Source: a virus. From it: a stretch of 64,000 nt of DNA. The notes under the pieces are model-generated. The model was not told the DNA's origin and did no database searches. It was given only the letters and a program-made list of their open reading frames with translations. Shown here piece after piece: positions 27,954 to 38,000 of this stretch (positions within the stretch are counted from its first letter, which is position 1; each line of letters starts with the position of its first letter). The translations under genes and the position numbers were made by a program. The stretch lies in IMG/VR virus record IMGVR_UViG_3300030098_006784, positions 4,833 through 68,832 of that record; one strand, given 5' to 3'.

Positions 27954-29006
27954 TCAATAGTCCTGAAGAGCCGAAGGACCATACGCGCACAGGTTGTACG
28001 CTTTGCACGCGCCGTAGCGTCCGTAGCAGACAGTCTCGTTCATTGTTTTGGGCCATTCCCAATAGTTGGGCGTGCTCATCTCAACGTTAGCGAGCCGATG
28101 TTCAGCGTTCCAGATGAGATTGGCGAGATGACTGTCTCGATGAGGCGTTGGTTTGAGATAGGCACGGCGAACTGCCCAGGGCTCTTGCGTCTGAATAAGG
28201 TTCACCCGCAGACCACCGAAGCGGCGACCGTACATCTGCTGCCCCATCAGTCGGAACAACGCGAAGCCTCCGTCCATGGCGTAAGCCGTTGTGCTCTTGC
28301 CCACAGTGACGTTGGCCTGGTGTTTATGGTCCCAGATTTCTACGGTTCGACCGCGAATGATGGACAGATCAAGCCGTCGAGTCACCCACACAGGGGTGCC
28401 GTGGCGGGCATGCCCCGGAACGTTGAGCGGAGTGATGTGAATCGGGTAGATCTGCCCTGTCTCTGGGTCAGGAATAGAATTGACGACGGAAATGGGGTCG
28501 TACAACGGCGTATCAGCGGGCACGACCCACAGCCCCCATCGATCACCGTCATCTGCCGCACGAACACCGCAAACTGCCTTCATTTGCGCCTCAACGGCGA
28601 CAATTCTGCCCGGGGGCTCGGGGTAGGCGGCGATGTAGCGCCTGAAAACTTCAACCATCAACGGGATGTGGTCCCACCCACGCGGATTCGTCTCGCAATA
28701 GGCTTGCATGGCTTCTTCTGCGGTGTACAGGGAGTCGATATCGTCAGCAGTCAGCTCACGATCGCCTGCCAGCGTCGGTTTCCCGTCCGCTTGCGCCTGT
28801 TCCATGCCCCAGATGGCGTGTTGGTGCGCTTGAGCGACGTGTCCCAGGCTACCTTTGTCCGTTGCGCCGCCCCACAAGTCGACGTTGAGGCGATTCCCCA
28901 CGGCGAAGAGCGTCGGACACTTGATGAATGTGCCGATACGACTCCATCCGCGGGCGCTTCGGCTCGCGTTGATGAGTCGGGGGTCAGGAGGAGCAGAAGG
29001 AATCAT
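27954..29006 (-). CDS. Cas4-like PD-(D/E)XK exonuclease
   Basis: WS.IGTFIKCP, GSLGH, AVE, RLDL..IWDHK, C-terminal C..YGAC.AY.LC. Confidence 0.8.
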   Translation of the reverse strand: MIPSAPPDPRLINASRSARGWSRIGTFIKCPTLFAVGNRLNVDLWGGATDKGSLGHVAQAHQHAIWGMEQAQADGKPTLAGDRELTADDIDSLYTAEEAMQAYCETNPRGWDHIPLMVEVFRRYIAAYPEPPGRIVAVEAQMKAVCGVRAADDGDRWGLWVVPADTPLYDPISVVNSIPDPETGQIYPIHITPLNVPGHARHGTPVWVTRRLDLSIIRGRTVEIWDHKHQANVTVGKSTTAYAMDGGFALFRLMGQQMYGRRFGGLRVNLIQTQEPWAVRRAYLKPTPHRDSHLANLIWNAEHRLANVEMSTPNYWEWPKTMNETVCYGRYGACKAYNLCAYGPSALQDY

Positions 29007-29016
29007 GGCGCAACCC

Positions 29017-30933
29017 TTATGCCGTCAGCAAATCGGTCAAGTTGTCCAGCAGCGCTTCCATGTTGTCCATTCCCATCAGCTTATCGCCGACGCCGGACAA
29101 CTCTTCTGCTGTCAGGTACTCTTCGATCGGCCCGAACTTGTCCACCAGGCGCATCACGACTTCTTCGTCGTAGGTACCCTGTGCGATGACTACCTTGAGC
29201 AACGTCGCTACGCCGCCTAAGCGATCGAAGCGTCCCTTCCACTGGACAAAGTCGCCGGGACGCCAGGGCAACATCGCAAAGATGGCGAGCGTTGCCGTCT
29301 GCAGTCCGTCGACACCTACGCCAACGGACTGTCCTGTAGCGACGAGGACGATGGGGCCGTCAGATTCTCGGAACGCATCCACTGCGCGGTTCTTGTCTCC
29401 GTCCGAGACGCCGCCGTGAACCATATAGACAGGAGCTCGAGTAGCCCGGTCACCCTTCTTGACAGCATCGCGAATCTTTACAGCCCACAACTCAGCGTCG
29501 GCTCGACGCGCCGTGAAGATCACGACCTTGCCTCCGCCTTGCAACCCTTCGATGGTCTCGTTGATGACGTATAGGCGCTTGCGGCTGCACGCTTCGGCGA
29601 GACGCATCTCCGTCAGCTGTCGACGCAACATGGGGTCTCGACCCGCCCCTGCGATGCGCTTCGCCAAGGCGCGCTGCGCCTGACCATAAGTGTTGCCTTC
29701 GTCGTAGCGGTCGGCGCGGTTGAGCTCGCTCTTGCTGAGGTACTCGACGTCGACACGCGTCGGGGGAAGCTGGCCGTGACTTTGACTGTAGGTGACCTCG
29801 TGCATGAAGAAACTGGCTCGCCCGCGCAACTCTTCGAGGTTCGTCGCTCCCTTGTCGTCGTAGCCCGTGGGCGAGTAGTCGTTTCGCGCGCCGCGGCAGT
29901 GCCGACCGACAAATCGGCTAAACGAAGAGCCGAAGCCGCCAGGCCACAACAGGTCGTACTGCGCCCAAAGACGACGAGGACGTCCATCGTCGAGCGGTGT
30001 AGCGCTGAGCCCGATGCGCCGTCGCGTGCTCTCAAACCGACTCACTTCCATCGCAGCGATGGCGAGCTTTTGGTTGCCTTTGGCGGTGGTCTTCAGCTGA
30101 AAGTCAGCGGTGCCGTCCACCATCTGCACCATCTTCCAGCGTTTGCCGTCCCCGAACATGTGGATCTCGTCCCATACCTGAGTTACGGGATTGATCTGGC
30201 GAAGCTGCTCGACGTACAATCGAAGGGCTTCCGAGCCAACGATGACGAATGGACGCTGCCCCTTGGCTCTGCGGTCGGCGAGGTACGCGGTGAGAGTAGG
30301 GGTATCCTTACGTCGCTCGCTCTCCGGGAGCATCACGTACGGCTCGACGCTGCTGTACTTCAGGACGTCCCGCCGTACGCTGTGGCGCGCCTTCGCGGGC
30401 GTGAGGAAGAGAACCGGGCCGGGCAGGGTAAGGCACTGCAAGATGGCTCCGAGTGACTTACCGCTGCCCGCCGGCCAAGTGTTCATAACTGCCGGACGCT
30501 GAGCCCAGCAAATGCCTGCGCGCTGGTAGTCGGTCGCTTCTGCGAGCGCCTTCGGCTTGAGCTCTCCGCGCTGGACCATGGCGTGCATCGCCCCGGTACC
30601 CCACAGCACCATGTCGTCCCAGGACCACGTACCCCACGGCGTCTCGATCATGCCGTCGATGTACCGCGCGTCCCGTTGATGCGGGCGGATGTCCGTGCGG
30701 GTCAGGTAGTGCTCCACCAAATAGCCGGCGTTCACGGGTACGAAGACTTCATACTCAGTGGGCTGAAGCCATGGGCTGTCGGCGAGGAAGTCGTCGAGCT
30801 TCGCTCCTACGCGGATCTTCCGTCGACCAAAGCGCGCCCAAGCCAGAACACCTGGAACAAGCTGCTCGATCTCGTCGAGAGTCGGGTGCCAGGAGCGAAG
30901 CAGATAGCGGTAGTGGGGCTGCTGGAAAATCAC
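29017..30933 (-). CDS. SNF2-like superfamily 2 helicase
   Basis: GSGKS, WDEIH, LSATP, KVVIF, GVGVDGLQ, QWKGRFDR. Confidence 0.9.
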   Translation of the reverse strand: MIFQQPHYRYLLRSWHPTLDEIEQLVPGVLAWARFGRRKIRVGAKLDDFLADSPWLQPTEYEVFVPVNAGYLVEHYLTRTDIRPHQRDARYIDGMIETPWGTWSWDDMVLWGTGAMHAMVQRGELKPKALAEATDYQRAGICWAQRPAVMNTWPAGSGKSLGAILQCLTLPGPVLFLTPAKARHSVRRDVLKYSSVEPYVMLPESERRKDTPTLTAYLADRRAKGQRPFVIVGSEALRLYVEQLRQINPVTQVWDEIHMFGDGKRWKMVQMVDGTADFQLKTTAKGNQKLAIAAMEVSRFESTRRRIGLSATPLDDGRPRRLWAQYDLLWPGGFGSSFSRFVGRHCRGARNDYSPTGYDDKGATNLEELRGRASFFMHEVTYSQSHGQLPPTRVDVEYLSKSELNRADRYDEGNTYGQAQRALAKRIAGAGRDPMLRRQLTEMRLAEACSRKRLYVINETIEGLQGGGKVVIFTARRADAELWAVKIRDAVKKGDRATRAPVYMVHGGVSDGDKNRAVDAFRESDGPIVLVATGQSVGVGVDGLQTATLAIFAMLPWRPGDFVQWKGRFDRLGGVATLLKVVIAQGTYDEEVVMRLVDKFGPIEEYLTAEELSGVGDKLMGMDNMEALLDNLTDLLTA

Positions 30934-30939
30934 GAAGTG

Positions 30940-31021
30940 AGCCTACTCTCTCATTGCAAAAGCGTCAAGGCACCCGCCTTGCAATCTTGACAAGAAGAGA
31001 CAGGGCGGCTACCTTTACCCC
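30940..31021. promoter_or_regulatory. Divergent sigma70 promoters, each overlapped by a 15-bp TTG-N9-CAA operator
   Basis: Minus strand TTGACG-17-TAGGCT-6-GTG; plus strand TTGACA-17-TACCTT-6-ATG; operators 30954-30968 and 30979-30993. Confidence 0.8.
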
Positions 31022-31264
31022 ATGAAGACCACAGGACAAGTTCTTCTGGAGGCGTGCGCTCGGCGCAGCTGGTCTCAGGCGGAGCTCGCTCGACGCTCGG
31101 GCATTCACAGCTCCAAGATCAACCGGCTCGTCAAGAACAAGAACACGCTCTCGCTGCAGCACGCCAAGACATTGGCGGATCTGTTTGCCGAATCCCCGCA
31201 GACAGGAGAACCGGAGAGCTACCTGGAGTGGCTCGGCGAGCTCACCCAGGCGTCCGTCAACTAA
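31022..31264 (+). CDS. XRE/Cro-like HTH regulator
   Basis: WSQAELARRSGIHSSKINRL..LS...A..LA. Confidence 0.9.
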   Translation: MKTTGQVLLEACARRSWSQAELARRSGIHSSKINRLVKNKNTLSLQHAKTLADLFAESPQTGEPESYLEWLGELTQASVN

Positions 31265-31622
31265 GCGAAATCATCAGGTCGACAGCCGCTGCCGGATCGG
31301 AGGTGCCTGCGGTGCCGCCCGTGGTGACGCAAGCGTAGGCGAGGCCGGAACCGAACGTCACCATCCCCTGAGGCGACATGTAGGAGCGTTTGCTGCTCGC
31401 TGCGCAGGCGAGAACAACAACTGGCGCCGTGGTGCCAACCGTCACGCCGCTGGTGGCGTCCCAGAACTTGAGGTAGACCTGTGCGTTCGAGGTGTTGTTG
31501 ATCTGCACCGCGAAGAGCGTAGTCGACCCGCTCTTGGCGTACTGCACTGTGCTGGCAGCGCTTGTGTCCTCGACGAGGATGGTGCCGAGATTGCCGGCGC
31601 GGGTCTGAGAAACAAAAGCCAT
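31257..31622 (-). CDS. Small virion protein (paralogue of 31624..31986)
   Basis: INN....VYLKFWD..VG.TAP..G.TFGSGL.YAC.T..GT.G..P. Confidence 0.75.
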   Translation of the reverse strand: MAFVSQTRAGNLGTILVEDTSAASTVQYAKSGSTTLFAVQINNTSNAQVYLKFWDATSGVTVGTTAPVVVLACAASSKRSYMSPQGMVTFGSGLAYACVTTGGTAGTSDPAAAVDLMISLS

Positions 31623-31623
31623 G

Positions 31624-31986
31624 TCAGCTCCCCACCGCTTCGACGAGCACGTTTCCGCCCGCCGGGCTGGTGCCGCCTGAAGTACCTGCTTCCTGGACGC
31701 ATCGCCAGCTCACACCCGTAGCGAACGCAATCCCGTCGGGCATGGTGACATCCATCGTCGCACCGTTGGGCACCTCAAAAATGAGCACAGGCGCGGTGCT
31801 GTCGTTGCCGGTGTTGTCGTCGTAGAACTTGACGTAAACGACGTTGCTGCTCGCGTTGTTGATGTGGACGCTGTAGATCGTCTTGGCGCCGCCGAAAACG
31901 TCAGCGTCGGCAGTACCCGTCGCTGCTGTTTGCGAAACAGCGACGTCGCTGAACCGGCTGTCAAGAGGTGTGGAAGTCAACGCCAT
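31624..31986 (-). CDS. Small virion protein
   Basis: INNA...VYVKFYD..TAP..GIAFATGVS..C...GT.G..P. Confidence 0.75.
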   Translation of the reverse strand: MALTSTPLDSRFSDVAVSQTAATGTADADVFGGAKTIYSVHINNASSNVVYVKFYDDNTGNDSTAPVLIFEVPNGATMDVTMPDGIAFATGVSWRCVQEAGTSGGTSPAGGNVLVEAVGS

Positions 31987-32001
31987 GACGGAATCCTATC
32001 A

Positions 32002-35000
32002 CTATGGGGGAAGGGTCGTCGAGTCCGGTCGACGAGGTTCAGCGGACCGTGCGCTCTTTGCCGGATCGACCACGGCGTACTGCACACCGAGAAGCGCCGA
32101 CGCCCACTCAACAGCGGCACCTTGAGTGCCCATCGCTTCCAGCAACGGCTCGCCGGACTCAGGTCCGAGCGGAACACCCGGCGGGACCTCGCTCATCAAC
32201 ATGCGGTTGAACTCGCCAACCGGCGACGTGATGAAGCTACGGCTCGCGATGCCCGGCGGCAAGTAATAGCGGTCTTCCTTCACCGGATCTGGGTCGAAGG
32301 GATCCGAGGTGCCCTCGACCGTAATCATCATGTCGGGGAAGAAGTACATGATGGTCGGCACGAGGCTCGGGTGAACACGCGCGGGCGCACCGCCTTCGGC
32401 CCACCCTGCTGACGCAGCTACAGCACCGGGAATCGGCGCGCTCTCCGGGTCGACGACCTCCGTCAGAGCATTCCGCATCGCAGGCATGAGCGTGTAATCA
32501 ATGTTGGTCTCCTCGGTGACGGGGCTGGCGAGAACTTGTCCCGCAAGAACGTAAACCGCGACCATGTTGCCGACGTGGCGGAAGCCCGCATCGATGGTGG
32601 ACTCAGGCAGGTAGATTTCCAGGTACGGGTAGCTGTCGGGGTTCTCTGCCGCCACGATCGAGTAGTAGCGTTGAACCGCTTCTGTCCGCGCCGCAGGAAA
32701 CGCAACGCCCGTCCGCGTCCGCGTGTATTCGGCGCGATCGGTCGGCGACGGGCGACGAACAGCAAAGGGCGCCATGCTGTAGCGGTGCTGCTTTTGCAGC
32801 CGCATCAGCACTTCGTTGAGCTCGATAATCTTGCCCTGTTCGACCATGACCGATTGGTCGGAGAAGATCATGTACATCGCTTGACGCATGTCGTCGGGAA
32901 CGTTCTCCGGTCCGCCGTAGCCGTTCTCGATGAAGTTGCGCGTCTGCTCGTCGACGAGCTCCAACGGACCGTAGGCGTCTTCCAGCCGCTCCCGCAGCTC
33001 ATCATCCAACTGGTCAATCGGACCATAGCCAAACTCAATGGCGCTGCGCAGGGCGTAGTAGCTCTCCTTGATGTCGTCGGGCAAGTTGTCGACGTCCACG
33101 CCGTAAGGGTCGGCGACCGAGCCGTAGAGGAACTCCGTGAGCGCTTCGGCTCCGTACTTCTGCGTACGGCGGATGACACCCATTCGGTAGGCGCCGCCCG
33201 CGCTGAACATGTTGGCGACGACCTGGCGGTTTGCGTTCTTCTGGAATGCCCAGAAGGGGAAGAGCAGGTTGACCCACAACGCGCGGTCGCCTCGGCTCAC
33301 GCTGCCGGCGTAGTCGTAGAGACCCTTCACAACCAGCTGAGCGGCGATGCGCGGCTCGAGACCCGACTCCATGAGCGTAATCATCGCGCCCAGGCGCTCG
33401 CGCTCACTCCATGCTTCAGCCATCTCCGTGGTGTGCTTGGTGATCTCGTTCAAGAGCGTCCGAACCGCGCGCTTGCGGTGCGCCAACTGCCCCGCCGCCA
33501 TCTGATCGGCGACGTCCTCGATGGAGTCACGAATGGTGTTTTCGAGCACGCGAGCGTCGAAGCTCGAGAAGATGGCTTCCTCAATCGCGATACGTCGAAG
33601 GTCACGGTAGTTGTAGACCTTGTCACCGACGATGAACGACCCCGATGCACCGTCCAGAATGGGGTTGACCTCGATGCGCCAGCGGGCGTTCCCCAACATC
33701 CGTCCCATGAGGTACCCCGCCCGGTCTCCGCCGGCCTGCACAGCCTTTCGGAACCGCTCGACCAAGTCAGCCGGGACGAAACCCTTGTCTGCGCCAGCCT
33801 TCGCGATGAGCCACAACGCACGGTGGATCCCCGGGAACACAGAGAGGTTGAGCAGGGCAACACGAGCCCAACTCGCTGCCGCAGGACGGAACCCAACCGT
33901 CATCGCCAGCTGTGTGAAGTGGTCGATGGTGTTCATGAAGAAGTACCGCTGACGCAAGACGAAGGCGCCGCGCGTCAACGCAGTCTTCAAGTAGCGGTAG
34001 CCGATGCTTGGAAGCCCGGTGAGGTCTTCTTCCGCCATGCCCGGCGTCATCTCCAACTGCCGTTCTTCGGGAGTAGTCCGTCGACGGGAACGGGCGACAG
34101 CTTCGGAGAGGCGCTTACGCGCTTGCATCGGCAGGTGGAGAGAGTCGCTCAACGCCGGCTCGAAGATCAACTCCGCGTTCAGTCCAAAACGCTGCTGCGC
34201 TGCCTTAACAGCCGGCGCGTACTCCGGGTTGATCTCCATGCCCAAAGCCCACTGCTTGAGCGCGCGAACCATATCGGCATCAAGCGCGATTCCCCGGCGA
34301 ACCCAGACGTGTCGAACGTCTTCCGCTGCGCCGTGAACGGCGAAAGTGGTCATCACACGCAACGCCGTCTGAATGTCGTAGATGGACTCGACTTCGGAGA
34401 AGAAAGCGCGCGAACGTTCGAGCATCGTCGTCGGAAGACTTTGACCTTCGCGAGTGACGATCCCTGAGTAGAAGAGCACCGCTTCAAGCACCTGTTGTTC
34501 TTGAAGGGTCTCAGGAACGCGTCGGTCAGTCTTCGTTTTGTCCATGACCTCTATGAGTTGACGCAACAACTCGGGGAAGCCGGACTGGTCAAACGTCTCT
34601 TTGAGGATCTTGTCGAGGTCTTTGGCGTAGTCGTCGGTCGGACCCCGCGCGATGTAGCGACGTGAATCCGTCTGAACCAGGTCGGCAAAGCGCTGAAGCC
34701 CGTTGCGTCGCTCGAGTGGCATACGGTCGCACCAGCGCTCCACCACGCCGAAAGCGTTGCTGAGAAGCGGTGTGCCGCTGGTCGTCGCAGCACGACCTGT
34801 CTGGTAGGACACGACCTCGCCCGCCAAGTAGCGGTGTACCGCTTCCAGGTCGCGGTCGCTGATGAGACGGCTGATGTCGCCGATGGTCTGCTCGACGAAA
34901 CGCTCGCCGCCGAGGATGATCTTGCGAACCTCAGGAGGCATCGCGCGCAAGTCGAAGGTGGCGTCGCCGCCGAACAAAGAGTTCAGCGTCCACTGAAGCA

Positions 35001-38000
35001 CCTTGCTCTTGCCCGTGACGGTGTTGAAGGCGGCTTCGATGGGGTCTTCCTCTTCCACCATCTGCGCGACAGACCCGGTAGAGATGAGCGGATCCTGCCG
35101 TGAACGCGCCAGCAGCGCTTCGTCGCCGAGGTTTCTTTGCAGCTGACCGAAGTCTTCAAAGGTCAGGGCGTAGGGCTCCATCCCGCGGACACCAGGACGA
35201 TTCGGCGTGTATCCGAGCTCGAGACGCTGGGGCAGCACGTTCTCGCTGAACTCGACCACGCCGTTCCTACGCAACTCACGAAGGATGTTCTCCACCGTAG
35301 CCGGCTGCTCCGAGACAACTCCGGTACGCGAGCCCGTAAGGATCGTCACGCCGAGACGTCGCGCCTGGCGGGCAACTTCTTGAACCGACGAGACCTCCGT
35401 ACGCTCACCACCCGCTGGAGTTTGCAGCCCACGCTTGAACCGCTCGAGCATCCGAGGCATCAGCGGACGCTCAGGCTCTGCCGCAAGCAGCTTACGGAAA
35501 ACAGCGTCGACTTCGGGCGTGACGATGGGCCTCTGCGGAGAGCTTGGCGAACCCACGATTGTTTGATAGACTTGCGTCAGCAGCCGGCTCATCCGCTGCA
35601 ACGGACCCTGAAGCGGAAGCACTGCCGGCCTCTGGGTGCGCAGGTGCGCGGCGAGGGCAGAAGCAGCCAGGTCTTCGGCCTTGGCGACTTCAGCGGGCGG
35701 CCCTGTGAACACCGCTCCGCGGCGACCGACTCTCACGCCCTGGGCCTGGACGTAGTCGAGCATGGTATCCAGCCCCTCTTCGTCCAGTCCTCGGCGCAGC
35801 ACGACGCCCACCGCACGGGCGAGGTCATCGATCGTCGGCGTCCCGAACGCTTCCAACAGCGCCCGTCCGTCGTCGAGGAACTGCACGTCGATGCCGGACG
35901 CTGGAGGCAGGGGAGGCAACACAGCAGCCGGGTCAGCGGGCTGACGAGGCTCCATCGCCTGCCACTTAGCCGTCCACATGCGGGCGTTCAGGTCTTCCAA
36001 CGGAACTTGGAGGATGTCGTCCTTCAGGCGGATCAGCTCGGTCAGCGCCGTCTTCTCCGGCTCGGGCAAGCCGATCAACTTGAGGATCACGTCGACGAAT
36101 CGATCGAAGAGGCTCTTGCCGTCGGCGACCTTGATGCCGTCCAAGAAGTCCTGGAACGCCTGGTTCGTCAGACCCCAAGCGAGGAGCTCATCTGCGTTGA
36201 GCTCCTTCGGTCCGATACCCGTCGCTTTCTTCCACTCAGGGATGACTTGCTGCGTCAACGCTTCAAGCTCAGCTGCTGCGCGTCCGATCGCCGTGTCTGC
36301 GTTCGCCGGGAGCTCGCCTTCCGCCAGTCGACGCATGGTCGCAGCGTGGAGCAGCTCGTGCAGAAGGGTCTCCGCGTTCAAACCGCTCAAGCGGTCGCGG
36401 CTGCCGCGAAGCCAGATAGTGACGGGACCTTCGGGCGTTGCGCGCGCAAACCCTCGAGCGGTGCCGTCGACAATAATCGACGCAAACTCAGGCACGGCGT
36501 CATCAGGACCCACCGACCGAACTTCTACGCCGTCGAGGAAGGGCATGATCTGGCGTGCGAGGTTCCGGTAGTCGGCGTTGTCCGCGTTTCGGAAGATGAA
36601 GTCCGCGGCGAGCAAGCCGCTCACGTTCTCACGGACAAACAGGTCCAGACCGTCTGCGGTTACCGCGCCCAAGCCGACATCAGGCGGCGTCCCACCGGCC
36701 TGGAAAAGAATCTTCTGTTGAGCCGCCGTGGCGGCAATCTTGGCCTGGCGATCGCCCTCTACCCGTCGGTCGTACTCGACAACCTCCACACCGGCTTTAT
36801 CCAACGCGACACGAAGGTCGTCAGGAAGGTCGTTCGGAACGACAGCCGCCCTGAACTCAGAAAGCTGAACCGCTCGAGACGGCTTGCCCTCAAAGTAGCC
36901 CGTGGAGGCATTTACGAGGTCGTCTGCGAGCTGCTGGACCTCACCAATCCATTCGTCCGTCTCGTTGACAAAAAGACCGAACGGAGCGAACTCCTCCTCA
37001 ATGGCCGCCTTGACACCCCGGCTGCGCTTGTAGCTCTCACCGATGAGGTCGAAGAGGTTGTCTACCTTGCGGCTTTCGACTTGAGATCTTTCCGCCAGAT
37101 CGAAAACCCTTTGGTTCAACGCATCCTTCACCGCGGTCATTTCTTCTTCAGGCACAACGCGGTCACGGGCGGCCTTGACTTCATCCAAGCCGCTAAACTG
37201 CTTGGCTCCAAGCGCTCGCTTGTCGCCAAGCCCGTAAGAGAAGCCTTCTCCTCCGCGCACGTTTCGCGTCAGTTCCCGAACGATGTTGCTCAACGTGTAG
37301 GGCGTCCGAATGACGCGACCAGAATCGGTGCGCCGAACGATTTGGCGTGCGCCTCGCAGGGTGTTCAGTTGACCCTGAACCCAAGCCTCGTAAGCGGCTA
37401 CGCCGCCTTCGCTGTCTTCGATAATGGGGTCGAGCTGGCGACGGAAATCAGCACCTGTTTCGCCGCGAAGAGGCTGCCCCAAAACCTCCTCGACGTACTT
37501 GAGGCGCATTCCAGCAAGACGCGAAAGCTCCCGAGTCCCGGAGGCGAACTTGCCTTCCTGAGCCGCCCTCTCAACATCCGAGGGAGATCCGTATCCAACT
37601 TCTCCCGTGCGTCGCGTGTACGGCGCCAGTTCGTTGTCACTCCAGGCTTTAGCCGCGCGAGCGTTTACCTTGAACTCATTCTCGGGCCACCGGGGACTGT
37701 AAACGTCCGCGTCAAAGACACGGGTGCCCGGTTCAGAGATTAGGCGGCTGTCGCCAAGAAGGCTGATTTCTCCAAAGCCCGTCAAGGGGTACTCAACCCT
37801 GGAAACCGCAAGAGACGGAGCCGCCAGGCCGCCGAGCCCCAGCACACTTCGAAGATTGGAGGCGGTCAGGTTGTGCTGAACCAAAAGGTTCTCGTCAGCC
37901 CGCGAGTAGAGGATGCGCTCGTCAGCCGGGTCGAAGGTGCCCCGGTTGAGAACGGACTTGACTTGCTCAGGCTCGAAGACGATGTAAGAGTCGCCTCCGC

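Noticed and set aside
31022-31264. Classical lysogeny module (CI plus integrase)
   Set aside because: No integrase, att context, ParA or S24 peptidase domain seen in the window
35137-37743. Long + strand ORFs antisense to real genes (also 584..2110, 19505..21157, 32536..34467, 58187..59992; minus strand 14137..15987, 59967..61595)
   Set aside because: Shadow frames expected in high-GC coding DNA; no motifs or start signals
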